Positions 1 through 12,907 of a stretch of DNA of 64,000 nt are shown piece by piece. Position 1 is the first letter of the stretch. Every line of letters starts with the position of its first letter. The position numbers and the translations under genes were made by a program. The notes below the pieces were generated by a model. That model did not search any database. It had not been told where the DNA came from and saw nothing but the letters and a program-made list of their open reading frames with translations. Source of the DNA: Anthoceros angustus (Eukaryota > Plantae > Anthocerotophyta); assembly GCA_010909165.1 (NCBI GenBank), contig VJWM01000227.1, positions 62,001 through 126,000 of the forward strand, written 5' to 3'.

Positions 1-50
1 GGCTCTCAAGGTGCAGGGCAGAGATGACAGGTGTTTTCGTGTTTCAATAG

Positions 51-277
51 GCTTGCAGGTCATCAACCGGGGATGCTGTGGAGGAGGCCCTTTGAACGGA
101 GTCCTCCCCTGCGACGAGTACTTGGGTGCCAGCTTGTGCGACCAGCGATCCAAGTTCCTGTTCTGGGACGCCTTCCATCCCTCTGACGCTGCCAATGTTA
201 TCATGGGCACGGGCTTGTTCAATGGCACCGACCAGGATGTGAGGCCCATCAATGTGCAGCAGCTTGCCCGTGTGTGA
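51..277 (+). CDS. GDSL esterase/lipase, last exon only (gene starts upstream of the window)
   Basis: After acceptor caatag: GLQVINRGCCGGG...FLFWDAFHPSDAAN, containing the GDSL block V DxxH motif; stop at 277. Confidence 0.9.
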
Positions 278-1033
278 AAACCCTTGAATCTTTTTACGCA
301 GGTCTTGACCTGGGAGAACTGCAGCTGATCCCCCTGCATTCCCCTTACTCATGAGAACTTGTCTCAAGACTCGGATTGAATCTGGAGCATGATGGGCTCT
401 GAGCATTATTGTACCGAAGTCAAGCCAAGGAGCGAAAGTTTGGCCATACAGAGGATGCATGACATTGCATCTGAAAAGGGAAAAGAAGCAAAGTATGTAC
501 TGTTGAGGTCGCGGTTTAAATGTGAAAGTCCGGGTATGAAAATTTTGAACACCTTCGGATTTGTACATATCGGCTACGGCTTGCTTGTCCATGACGCTCT
601 GAATAAACTGATCTGACGTTGTTACAAATTAAGAAGAGCAAAGCCGTGTACAAGGTACATGCAGCTAAGAGCGTGAAGCATCGATGAATTGAATGGCATG
701 TTGCTTTCCGCCATTACTCCACGTCAGCCAGTGCATAGGGAACTCGCCTGGCCTGCCGCTCTCTTTAACTTTACGCAGGCTGGAAACAGCCAACCTGCGC
801 CTCCTTCAAATCCCCTCCCTCTCAGACCTGTTCGTGCATTTTCCAATTTCCCACCCTCAGACTGCAAATGCCTCCATCTTCCAGGGCGAGCTGCTGCTTC
901 ACATTGCTCCCGCCTGCTGGATCGTGTGATGAGTGATGAGAATGCTCCTGCAGGAGGTTCCCAGTAGTACTGACGTCGAGTGAGGGAAGGAATTGGAGGA
1001 TTCCCTCAACCAGTACTATTGTAACCAAGATTA

Positions 1034-2639
1034 ATGGACTGCCCAAGAGCAAGACCCCCGCGTGAGCTGGTGCTGCTGCTGTGGCTGCTGATGCTCCTTC
1101 TGGACAATGCGGGGACACATGCAGCTCCCCTGGTGCCGGCCTTGTACATTCTGGGCGACTCCCTGGTGGATCCAGGCAACAACAACTACATCCCTCTGGC
1201 GCTGGCCAAGGCCAACTTCCCCTACAACGGCATCGACTTCCCACAGGGCTTCACTGGCCGCTTCTGTAACGGACGCACCACTTTCGACATCGTCTGTAAG
1301 TGCACTAGTGGGATCATGGATTGGCTCTTCCCAGACAGTCTCCCAGTTCTTCCTTAACAGATTGTGTGGCTTGTCCAGCGAGTCTCCTGGGTTTCTCGAG
1401 ATACCCACCAGCCTATCTGGATCCTGCGGTGCAAGAAGGCAACGACCTCCTGCAAGGCGTGAATTTCGCATCTGCAGCAGCTGGAATTCTCGACTCCACC
1501 GGACTCAACTACGTATGCAAATCTCACACCTCAAAACTCAGACTGCGCAGGCCTGGTCTTTCTGGGAATAAACTATTCTATGCAATGCAATCTCTTCTGC
1601 TGGGCGAATCCTTCCTTCTGATTAATCTGGTACTAATCCTGGTTGCACGCACTGCAGGCTGAGCGGGTGCCTCTCAACATGCAGCTACACTATCTGGAAC
1701 ACGACACGCTTCCGACTCTCTTGAACGATTACTTCGACGGCGACCAGGCGCAGTTCCAAGCGTACCTGGCCAAGTCCTTGTGGACAATCGTGGTCGGCAG
1801 CAACGACTACATCAACAACTACCTGCTGGCCAAGAGCCCTTTGCGCGCCCTCTCTCCGCAATCTTACCAGCAGCTCCTCGTCACCTCCTTCCACACCCAA
1901 CTGGAGGTACCCATCACCATCTCTTCAATCTCCAACATTTCAGTCTTCTTCTTGCAGCGTCTGTCCGCTCATCATTGGACCGGGTGTGTGTGTGTGATGC
2001 TGCTGGCACAGAGATTGAGGAGCTTGGGCGCGAGCAAAATCATCGTGGCCGGAGTGGGCCCCCTGGGCTGCATCCCCTCCCAGCTCTCCAAGAACCCACA
2101 AACCAACGGCGCGTGCGTGGCTTCAGTCAACCAGCTCGTGGTAAACTTCAATGCCGCAGTGAAAGCCATGTTGGAAGGTCTCAATTCCAAGTACGCCGGC
2201 TCCTCCACCTTCGTCTTCGCCAACACGTACGACACCGTCTTCCCACTCATCAACAATCCCTCCCTCGCCGCTGCCAATGGTACTCCTCCTCCTGGACCAT
2301 CACTTACACGCATCTCCTTCAACAATCGCCATGACGCAGTGTCGCTCCCGAAATCTTGTGATCATCAACTTTGCATTTTGTCATCTGACTACATACAACT
2401 CTCCTCATCCAGGTTTCCAGGTGACCAACGTAGGATGCTGTGGCGCTGGAGCTTACAACGGGGTCACTCCTTGCGCCTATTTCCTAGGGGCCACAGTCTG
2501 TCCCGACAGAACGAAATACATCTTCTGGGATGCATTCCACCCCACAGACGGTGTTAATACCATCATCGCCAATCAAATTTTTTCTGGAGGGCCGGAAGCC
2601 ATCAGCCCTATCAATGTTAGACAGCTAGCTGCAATTTGA
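1034..2639 (+). CDS. GDSL esterase/lipase, 5 exons (1034-1295, 1379-1512, 1658-1906, 2012-2279, 2413-2639)
   Basis: Signal peptide; blocks ILGDSLVDPGNNNY, GRFCNG, GVNFASAAAG, GSNDY and WDAFHP; GT-AG introns at the usual family positions. Confidence 0.95.
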
Positions 2640-2985
2640 TATAGTAGGTGTGCACAAGGACATTTGTAAACGCTAGCCATGTACCACTTCTGTGACATTG
2701 ATTATGGCTGCTCTTGACTAGGCATTTGCAATTCAGACATTGAAGATCATGTTCTTTCCGGTTCCTGTCTGCTGCTTACAACGAGATCCTATGGTACAAT
2801 TCGCATCGGTAACTCTAAGCCTGTAGAGCTGAGGAGGAAAAAATTGTTGCACATCCCAGACAAGCATGCGCAAGGGTCTTGAAAATCTGCGAAGGCACAG
2901 CGAGTCTGCAAAACTGGTGCCAGCCTGTAGAAGTCTGGTGAAGCAGATGGACAAAATTCACAGGATTGCCACGGGATGCTACCAA

Positions 2986-3871
2986 CTACTTGTTCCACCT
3001 CATGTGGTCATGACGTCGATCGCCAGAATCTGGAACGAAGACAAAGAGACACAGCAACATCACACACTGCACGCTTCAAACAAGCTGTCCGGGGATTTCT
3101 GACAAACGAGTGATGCGCCATCCCCGTGACCGAGCAGACCCGGCAGAGTGCAGGACAGCCGGGAAAAGAAGCTTGCGAAAAGGTCACACGGCATTGACGC
3201 AATGGCAAAGCTTGCTCACCTTTGCCCTTCCAGATGGCCAAGATGACCACGGCCAGCACGACCACGGCCAGACCTCCTCCGATGGCGGCGGCAGCAGCGT
3301 GGTTGTTGCGGAAGACGCCTCCGGGGGCGGCCCTGGGGGAGTTGGCCGAGGAAGCGCTCTGGCCGGGGGCAATGCCGGCCCCGATGGACGAGGACTGGGA
3401 AGGCGGAGGGGGCCGGTTCTGCGTCTGAGTGGCTCCGGGAGGGGGCGGGGATCGGGAGGGAGGGAGAGGTCGGGGAGCAGCGGCAACCGGGGAGGAGAAG
3501 ACCGGGCAGGAGGAGGAGGCGGTGCCGCGGGAGGAGGATACTGGAATGGCGGGAACGGGTTGGGGATCTCCTGCAAAGCCACTCCCTGCGTCGGGACCTC
3601 TGCCCGGATGCTGTCCTGAACTGGAAGGTGATGGAGTTCCAGAAGCTTTCTGCCGCGGAATTCGGGCCCGTCCGACAATGCAGCCTTCCTGTCGCTCAAC
3701 AGCGACATTCCTGTGCAAACGACGTCTCACAGCACACATCAGCAGCTGGTAAGAAGCTTGTTTTGCATGAATCTGCGGATGGACAAGCTCACCAGAGAAG
3801 AAAGCGAGCAATCCGAGTGCTGCCACCACACCCATCGTCCAGCACACTGCGAGGACATGCTTACAGCGCAT
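2986..3871 (-). CDS. Putative Pro/Ser-rich single-pass membrane protein (AGP/extensin-like ectodomain)
   Basis: Hydrophobic N-terminal segment (MGVVAALGLLAFF), Pro/Ser-rich linker and TM helix AAAAIGGGLAVVVLAVVILAIW followed by KGK. A gtgagc donor at 3219 and a probable short last exon at 2986-3029 (DSGDRRHDHMRWNK*). Confidence 0.5.
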
Positions 3872-5318
3872 TCTTCTCCCGTCCATACTAATCCACCGCA
3901 CAAATTTCTTCCACTCCGGCGAGCAAGCTTCAGCTCATTCCACCAAACCTAGACCTTCAAGGAACATAATACAATCCCGTAAATGCACCGTACGATGCGA
4001 TGCAACAACAAGACTAAGAGCAAGACGATGCCTGATGCAACAAATTCAGTTGCGCAGCACTTGCGAGTTTAGAGCGCAGGTGCCAGCCGCCAGAGCTGCG
4101 GGTGACCGAGGGCCGGGAGATGAAGGTGCGGAAGAAGAAGAGGCCGCAAAAAGCGATGTTCAGGTGCAGCTTTTGCAATATCCTTGGGACGCGCGCTTCC
4201 TTGGCAACACGAGCATTGGACATGAATCTTTGCAGGCCAGGTCCACAAATAGGCACAGGCACGGTTAACGTTGCATTCAAAGATAGCATTCAAAGTGGCG
4301 GCTGGGCTGCAGGCGAAGTGTAATAAGAAAAGCAGCGATGCGTAATACGATGTAGACTATGTTTTCAGAAACGGGATCCAAAGCTCTCTCGTCTGCCAGG
4401 GCCAAGGACATGGTCTGGCTGTCGGTCTGGGCCTCGCTGTTGATTAGAAATTGCGTTCCTGACAGTACAAGCACTCTGACGCTCATAATTGGGGACATAG
4501 CCGCTGTCATGCCAATCTGATCCAGACACGGCCGCGAACGCTGCAATTACACCGCACGCTGATGCTCAGCTGGCAGGGAGAGCAGTCATTTCCGGTTCTG
4601 AACTTTTGTGTTTGTTGTTTTTCTTTCCATTACATACCACTCACTCTTGCTTTCACTGATACTTCACCTTTCTGTAGGCCATTCCATTGTTGAGGTTTCC
4701 TTTTCCAAATTGCAGATTCAACCTGCAGGGTTTGTATGTTTTTGTGTCAATAGTCTAAGCATGATGTTGATAACATATGATGGCTGTTCAGGCTTTTGTT
4801 TTTTATTTGTTCTGTATAAGGGCTGTTTGACCTGAAGACAAAGTACATTAATTCCAGTTTTTCTAGATATGGGTCTTTGTTATGTGCAAGATATGAGGGT
4901 CTTTTTGCTCTTTGGTTCTATGCTTACCTTGGCTTTTATGATTACTCTGAATTATTCCGGAGAGTCATTTCATGTATCATTCTCTGCAAGGTAATCTCTA
5001 ATTAAAGGTCTATTGATCTTTTAAATTCCAATGTGTGCTTATCTATCTTCTTTGCTTTAAAGATGCCCCCGAAGGCAAAGATGGGGAGGCAGCCTGTGGA
5101 GTCCACAATTTGCCGGCTATCCCGGTTGATTTGTACTTTTGTGGTATTTTCCTCTCTTTTTAGAATTGAGTGTGAAGAATAAACAGCAGAAGGAGCAAAA
5201 ACATTGTGGATTGGGTTACATGTACGGTTGTGTATCCCAATTCTGCAAAAAGAACGAAGTGGACATGACCACTTAAGAGCTAGGCCCTTCGATGCACAAA
5301 AAACGGGTGCGTAGGAAA

Positions 5319-5392
5319 AAAACAAAACAGGTTCAGTCAGGTAGAAAACAAAACAGGTTCAGTTAGATAGAAAACAAAACAGGTTCAATTAG
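5319..5392. repeat. 26-bp tandem repeat, about 3 copies
   Basis: aaaacaaaacaggttcagt(c/t)ag(g/a)tag repeated. Confidence 0.9.
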
Positions 5393-5689
5393 GTTTAGCT
5401 GGTTTCGTCACACGACAAAGGTCAATGGTTGGGCGTGGGCAAGGGCAAGGTACGGGCAAGGGCAAGTCACTCATCCTCCTCTTCACTTTCCTCCACTTCA
5501 CTTTCCTCCTCCTCACTTTCATCTGCACCGTTCCTCCTCTCCGTCTTTCAAGAGGTTGAAGTGCCCCCACACATGCAGGATGAAGGGGGATAAGACTAAC
5601 GGAGGCGAGCACTCCTGGCGCAGCTTCTTTGCCTCTTGCTAGACCCTAATAAAAACGATCCGGAGTGCACTCGCCTCCCCTTCAACATG

Positions 5690-6592
5690 GCATGCAGCAG
5701 CACTAGGAGATTGTATTCAAGGTGGTTCACCTTGGTCAGCGTGTTCCAGTGGACGAATATCTTTATCACTTCTCAGATGCGTCGGCCCTTCAAGTCCAAC
5801 ATCAACCACCCATTGGATCCCTTTGGCGCCCGGGAGCAGCGCGTTCACCTACTCCAACTTCTCCTTCGAGCGGAGGGGCTTGGAGATGACTCCCCCTACC
5901 TCCTCAGAGGGGTGGCTGTACACCTCCTCATGGGCTAAAGATTTTGAGGCGTCTTTCCAGGTCAAGTTTGATCCATTGTTTTTGCAAGTATTCAATGCCT
6001 TGCAAGTTCCTGTTCCTTGTGTGGGTTGCTTGTCGAAGGCATATCTGATACCTAGTTTGGAAGGCTTCAAGAAGGTTATTCTCGAGCTTATTCATGCACA
6101 GAGCGAAGAAATGCATAGTTATATAGATGCAGATCAGGTTGCAAAAAGTTGCAAGGTTTGGACGATCAGGTTGGAAGACTTTCGGAAAGGTTGGTGGAGC
6201 AAGGGTTACAAAATGAAATATTTTCACGGATCATAGAGAAGAAAGCCATAAATTTGGAAAATCATTTCACTTCAACGGAATAGGTTTTACCTACATATTT
6301 GGATAAGCTTAATGGTAAAATTAATGGTAATGATCCCCCTCCTCTTTCTTGTCTTGGTGGCAAGACAGTATTGGAAGTTGTTTCTAAGATGGTGGATCGT
6401 GCTTGCTATGCTTTGAACTTGAGAATTTCTGGTCTCGGTAATGACATTGTTGCACTAGTTGTGGTTGCGAAGGAGTTTCTCAATAGGCTAGAGGTCGATG
6501 TGGTCGTTCCTCGAGCCTTTTGGCTTGGGAAGGATCCTAATAGAGAGCTCATATTGATTATGACTTTTCACTCTATGTATGATCGCCTCTAG
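5690..6592 (+). mobile_element. Possible decayed LINE ORF1-like relic
   Basis: Broken ORFs; EVDVVVPRAFWLGKDPNRELILIMTFHSMYDR resembles the RAxRLG...ILVxF pattern of LINE ORF1 proteins. Weak resemblance only. Confidence 0.25.
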
Positions 6593-7420
6593 GTAATGAA
6601 GGCTAGGTCTATGTTACGAACAATTTAGTTACATGTCAATGAGGATCTTTACACCATTGCAATGGAAGACTAAGAAGGAGAAGTTACATGCTTTTTGAGC
6701 TGCTCGTGTTGCAGGTCAAGTGACTTTCTTTCGTCGAGATGAATTGGTAGTGTTTAGTCCTCGTTCACACATTTGCATCGACACTGTTGATTAATTGTAG
6801 ATTATTTGTCTTGTTTAAATTTTACCTTTGCATTCTTCTAGACCATTTTACCTCAATCTATGTAATTGCCATATTTCAGTCCCACGATGGAAAGAAGTTG
6901 CATGGAAATGTAGCCATAGTAATGAAGGCTAGGTCTATGTTACGTCTCTAAGTAGGCTACCTTAACTTTAAGGTTTGCTAACTCCTTTGAATGGCTCAGA
7001 ATATTTACAATGAGTTTGGAAACTCTAAAAAGGTGCAAGTATAAATGGAAATTACAAAATATAATTCAAATATGTAAGAAAAAAAACTTGTTGTTTGTAT
7101 GTCATCTAGTAAATCAGGATTCTTTAAGATCTTTAAAATATCTTTGAGTGCCAACTCTTTGTCATATAAAATGATTAGGAACCCTGCATTTATAAATATG
7201 TTAAAATAAGTTATAAAACACTTAATAACAAGCAATTTAAATATTCAGATATGAGTAAATACTTACTATCTTTTAAGTCTTCTCTGTTTGGCATGTCTTT
7301 GAGCAAGATGTCTTGCAACCTTTACAAAGTAATAATTTATATATAGATGTAGACAATCATTCAAAAGGTCAAGCATTCAGTGGACACTCTTTTTGTCAGC
7401 AGGCTGGAGACGGTTGTAAC

Positions 7421-7795
7421 TCCTCACGATGCTTTCTTGTAGGTAGCTGTTTTTTTCAGACCTTCTTTACCAAAACTTCTTTTCTTGTAGGTAGCTGTTT
7501 TTTTCAGATCTTCTACACCGAAACTTCTTTTCTTGTAAGTAGCTGTTTTTTTCTAGATCTTCTATACCGAAACTTCTCCTCACGATGCTTTCTTGTAGGT
7601 AGCTGTTTTTTTCAGATCTTCTACACCGAAACTTCTTTTCTTGTAAGTAGCTGTTTTTTTCTAGATCTTCTATACCGAAACTTCTCCTCACGATGCTTTC
7701 TTGTAGGTAGCTGTTTTTTTCAGATCTTCTATATCGAAACTTCTTTTCTTGTAGGTAGCTATTTTTTTCATATCTTCTATACCGAGACTTCTTTC
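7421..7795. repeat. Minisatellite: 48-49-bp core, 7 copies, with an 11-bp insert in roughly alternate copies (108-bp higher-order unit)
   Basis: tttcttgta(g/a)gtagctgtttttttc(t)agatcttcta(c/t)accgaaacttct, with cctcacgatgc inserted in some copies. Confidence 0.95.
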
Positions 7796-8135
7796 TCATA
7801 TGTTTCTCTGGTGTCATGTCTGCATGTTTGCATGTATGCTTTTGGTTTGTTTGTGTTTGTATTTTATGTGTTTTATAACTGTCGTGATGTGATTTCATAG
7901 CTGTCTTGATGTGATTTTATAGCTGTCTTGATGTGAGGGACGAGTTGAGAGTACTCAGAATTTGTTTGCATCATCCAGAGGATTTTCTAAATCTTGGGGT
8001 AGGAGCGCTTGGCCACGTTTGTTGTTTTCTACTTTTATCTCTTTTTATACCCTCAGTCCAAATCTATCCATCCAGATTGCATGTCAGGATATCTTGTAAA
8101 CCTGGTTTGAAATGTCCTTCTGGAATTTTTTTATT

Positions 8136-8296
8136 CTGTTTCTCTAGTTTACCTCTAGTTTACTTGTGAACTGCTTCTTTGTTGGTAGTTGTTCCTCCTT
8201 TGTTGGTAGTTGCTCCTGTTTCTCTAGTTTACCTCTAATTTACTTGTGAACTGCTTCTTTGTTGGTAGTTGTTCCTCCTTTGTTGGTAGTTGCTCC
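8136..8296. repeat. 80-bp direct duplication, 2 copies
   Basis: ctgtttctctagtttacctcta...ggtagttgctcc occurs at 8136 and 8216. Confidence 0.9.
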
Positions 8297-8817
8297 CTTC
8301 TGTCCCTTTGTTGTTTGCGTTTGTAGATGTCTGGTTTTGGCCCTAATGCAAGCCATGGTTTATCTGAAATCGTTGTCTTTTGGCCCTGGTGCAAGAACTA
8401 GTTTATCTCAAATCTAGGTCATCTCCTCGACAACTAGGGATGCCCAAGCGCTTAGGCTAGACTTCCACTCCACGAAAGCTGACTCATTACCGCCGGCTTT
8501 GCCAGTTGTATTTGCTCTAATCACTGGGTTTTATCGTAAAGAAACATTGCCATTGCTGCCCACTCTCTTACCATGTGGGCCTGTGTGACAATCCAAAATG
8601 GCATGGACAACAATCTGCTCTTTTCTTGCGAAGGCAGCTTTGACAAAAGGATATCTCCATGCTCAAATAAACGAAGAATCCCAAGCCAGCCCCACAGCAA
8701 CCCCCGGAAATAAATACACATGGGCCTGACCGGAGGGGAGTGCAGGAAAAAATGAAAGAATAATGAATGTAATGCCTCCATTGCTAGCTTGTAGCCGGCT
8801 CTCATGGGGGCAGTCAC

Positions 8818-11800
8818 TCATCCACCAAACAAGTAACTGGCAGCTTGCTCCTCGTTTCCCTGGAATAAAGCGAGAGCTTGCTGGACGGATGACCTGTCGA
8901 ATCCGAGTTCCATCAATCTCAAGATCTTTGGCTCTAAGTTGGGTACCTGTGACCAAAACGTGGTGCAAAGAGGAAGGTTTGGTACTTGATTTTCTGGCAT
9001 CTTTCTTGGGAAAGGTTGCAGAGAAGGTGCTGAAACAAGACTTGGAAACCCAGCCTGGTCCTAATCAAGCAGGACATAGCTGAAGAGACTGGGTTGATGC
9101 ATGCCTACCTGTTGCGGTGCAGTTCTTAGATTGCCAGATGTGCCTGTGTCACGATACAAGCCATGCAGTGAAATGACTGCGGCACTGGACAATGAACAAG
9201 GAAGGAACTTGTGGTGTAGGCGTGTTACCTGAAGTTCCGGCAAGCGGAGAAGGTGCCGATGGGACTTGTACGGACGTTCCTGCTTGGCTTGCGTCCTGCA
9301 ATCATCAAACAGTGTCAGCAGACCAGACAACGGTTTACATAAACGTGACTATGAAAGGAACAGAGACGGGCATTGTTTCGTTTGCAAGAAGTCAGCTTCA
9401 TTCACAGCAGGACCATTTCAAGAACAGGATGCGCCTTGCCCAATTCAACAGCCAAACAGACCACTTATTTTACGATTGTGCTGTTAGAAGCTGTTACAGA
9501 TGGCCAAACTGCAGCTGGGTAGCAACCCCATATTGGGAGGGTAGCTAACTCATTAACTGCTGAGAGAACAATATACCTCTCCACAAGCCAGTAAGAGAGT
9601 AGAGCTAAAAACCATGTCAATCTTGTCAAGAACACCGGTCTTCACGGCGCTGCTTTTTAGCCTGGCACAAGTTAAGAATCCATAAGCACAGCAATGACGT
9701 CTTCTTTAACTTTTCAGCTCATTTTAGGCTGGACAGTTAATTTGTGGAGCAAAAGACTTCTTTTCTTCAAAGGTCTGATCGATCCATTAGACAGACACTC
9801 ATCTCCATGCAGGACACGGGCCAGCATAGCAGGTTTTCAATTTCCTGTTCCATTTCATCAGACACCCCTGACCAGTAACATTGCCTTACCCGTCGTAAAC
9901 TTGCTGGAGACGAAGATTCAGGAGCTTCCGGTTCACTAGTTAAGTGCATTGGTAGATCCTTCTCTGAATTGCATGCAACAACATCAGATGTCAAACTTGA
10001 CAGGATTGTGCCAAAGCGATGGTAGACATAAATGCACAGTACACCACCCCATTGTCTGCTACCCTATAATGGGAACCAGAAACCAACCTTGCAGAAAAGG
10101 GACAGCAATAGATCCTCCACCAACACGCAAAATATTGTCCTTCAAATCAATGGTGCACTGCAGAGAAAGAGTCAAATACAGCTCCTCTTATCCAGCCACA
10201 AAATGGATGCCAGTGAAAGTGGTCAATCACAATACCTGGTGCTTCCGCAACATATCCAAACCAAAGATGAACTCTATATTAGGCTGGTCAAGTACTGTGA
10301 ATGAGCACGGATAGTATTCTGTTCCAATCTGAAGACAAATGACACAACGAGCATTTTAAAAGTTACAGAAAATAAAGGACTGATTCTCAGCCTACGACAT
10401 GGAAAATTAGTCAGAAAATTCTATCGACATTCAGATTCCGAACATCAGAAACTGCGGACAGCCCTTTCACACCCTTCAGACGATGCAAAGCTTAATTTAA
10501 GAATGCTAGGAAAAAACAACAACCTTTAGAGGCGCGACATGGATGCGACCAACAATTTCAGATTGTCCGACTCCCTGTGCAATTCCTCGGAACCTCTTAT
10601 CAAGAAGCCTCAATAGCCTGAGACGAGCCACTTGCTCAGATTTAACAGGAATATGGCCACGGAATGCTGTTCAGCCAGCTAGAGTAAATTGTACAGACTG
10701 GCTAATCCAGAAAGACAGATGGCAGTCTCAAGGAACAGAAAAAATTCCTTACCCACAACGTTGGGCACAACTCCGGGAAATTATCGTTGACTGGGCACCA
10801 CTGTCAACAAATGCCTGTCCACACAGATGATGTGAGCAGTGCACTGTACGGAAGTTGGTGAATAGTTACGAAAAGGATAAAGGAGAAAGAGCAGAGCAAT
10901 CTGAAGTACCAAATACCTTGAGAGGAACTCCATTCACCTCCATGTCCACATAGAGCATAATCTGCAGACACAAAAGTAGTACTTCAATGCAGTTTGCACA
11001 AGCAAGAAGATTAATGAAGTTGGAGCTGGTGGTAATGAAATCAATACCGACCACTCGCCCAAAGGCCTCAGGATTGTACTCGATTGCAGTCTCCCAATTT
11101 TCATCGATGTTTTTCTGCAACAAGAATTCTCCCGTCAGGCCTGAATGTCCAAAACACAAGCAGATCAAAGGAAGCATTAGCAAATTTTCCATACAACCCA
11201 GACACCATATTTTCGTCTCACCTGCTGAATAGCGTCTTCAATCTTCTTCTGTGCTTCCACATCAAATGGGTCCGCATTCAGGAGCTCCTGGAAACGACAC
11301 AACGACACACAAGAGACCACTTATGACGCCGATTTGAACGTCAGCACTCAAAAGCTCGAGGACACTTACCTCCTCTTGCTGTTTTCGGCGGTTTAATTCG
11401 ACGTTCTGGCGATAGGTTTCCTTCAGAATATTTTGTACTTGTTCGACGTCGCCTGCAATGACGGCATTTGCAAACCTAGGATTGTTCTGCATCAACTTAC
11501 AGAAAATTGGGTAAGGAGACTCATTCCAGCACTAATAAATCAATTGCTAGTCACAACTAAAAACCCAAACACCTACCCGACGCAGCTCCTCCATCGCGTT
11601 GCGATCACTCCGCAGATAGTTCACGAAAGCAAGCGGATCCGTCGATGAACCATCACTATTAAACGTCATCCTAGGCCGCTGAGCTCCTTGGGTTCCTGTT
11701 CAGCGTACAACACCACCTCGTCAGTATCACTGGAAGGACTACGTATGGCTGTAAACGTAAATCCTCGACCTTCAAGGACGAGGGCTAAGCGTACCTCCGG

Positions 11801-12278
11801 GGGCTCCAGGAGCCGGCTCCACAGGCACCACCATCAGCAATTCCCCCTCCACAACACCGGCCGCATTAAGACGCCCAGAGTTGGGAATCTCCTTCCCGTT
11901 GAACAACAACTGCTGTTTGTGCAGTGGAATTTGCGTCTGGGACAACACATGTAACCCACCACCATGAGCCATACTACGCAACCGGAAGGCTAACCATCCT
12001 TCACACCTGATCCAAGTCCTGGAAGCATGAGACACCAACCTCCACTTCCAATATGGCCTTGACGTTCTCCACCTGCCCTTGCCGTCAGACACACCGGCCA
12101 AACCATGACGTGAGAACTGCGCTAAACCCGACACAATTCGCCCACCGAGATGCAGCAATAGAATCAGACCAAAACACAGGACTTAAGTGGGAAGCCCACG
12201 CAAGCGACCTACCAGCTCGTCCGGCTCCACATCCACCAGAACGAAGCGCTCGTCCCCAGTCATTACAGTGAGCTTCAT
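8818..12278 (-). CDS. DDI1: DNA damage-inducible protein 1 (UBL, retroviral-like aspartyl protease and UBA domains), multi-exon
   Basis: UBL MKLTVMTGDERFVLVDVEPDEL/VENVKAILEVE/TQIPLHKQQLLFNGKE; YNPEAFGRV; MLYVDMEVNGVPLK; protease AFVDSGAQSTIISRSCAQRCG; UBA LMELGFDRSSVQQALALFQGNEEQAASYLFGG*. Confidence 0.95.
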
Positions 12279-12907
12279 GGCTGCCTGCTGTTGCTGTTGC
12301 AAATCCGAACAAAACAGCAAACAGACGGATTCCCGACACCAAAACGCAGACTCTTTGGACAAGGTTGCTTACTTTGAGTGCACATATATACAGAATAACT
12401 GCAGTCAGGCCCAAAAAAGTACTTCATCAAGGGTAGAAGAGGCCTTTGAGGGAAAATGAACCGGGTACTGCAGGTTACCGTGAGGCGGCGACCGGGATGT
12501 GGTGCTGGTGGGCTCCAGCATACATCCGAAGGCTACTGAAAGAAGAAGCCCTAGAAAACCGGACTACTTGTCTTCACTTGGGGAATGTAGGTTTGTTGAT
12601 GCCATATCCTGTTATTGACAGAAATTGTGGTTCCATCACCCGACAGAGGATTTGCACGCCCACCGGCCCTGCATGTTCTGGGAGCTCTTGCTGCAGGCAG
12701 GCGTGGGAGGAAAGACCAAGAGGTGGTGCGTTTCGATGGGGTGTTGGTGGCGTTCTCCGGGCCGCTCTAGCTATGTGAGTCCATTTTACGGGGGGCAGCA
12801 GCTGGGCCTCTACTCAGGGAGTGCCTGCTGCTAGCTGGTTCAGGAAGGCAGTGATAGGGTTGGAGAGTGTGTGAACGATTTTTTGTGTTCGGTACCGGTG
12901 AGTCACA

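Noticed and set aside
3110-3619. Gly-rich ORF on the + strand
   Set aside because: Antisense shadow of the Pro/Ser-rich minus-strand ORF, which has the TM helix and splice donor.
7313-7900. 195-aa and 143-aa repeat ORFs; splice-like gtaagt and tttcag motifs in each unit
   Set aside because: Products of a minisatellite; the implied introns of about 21 nt are too short.
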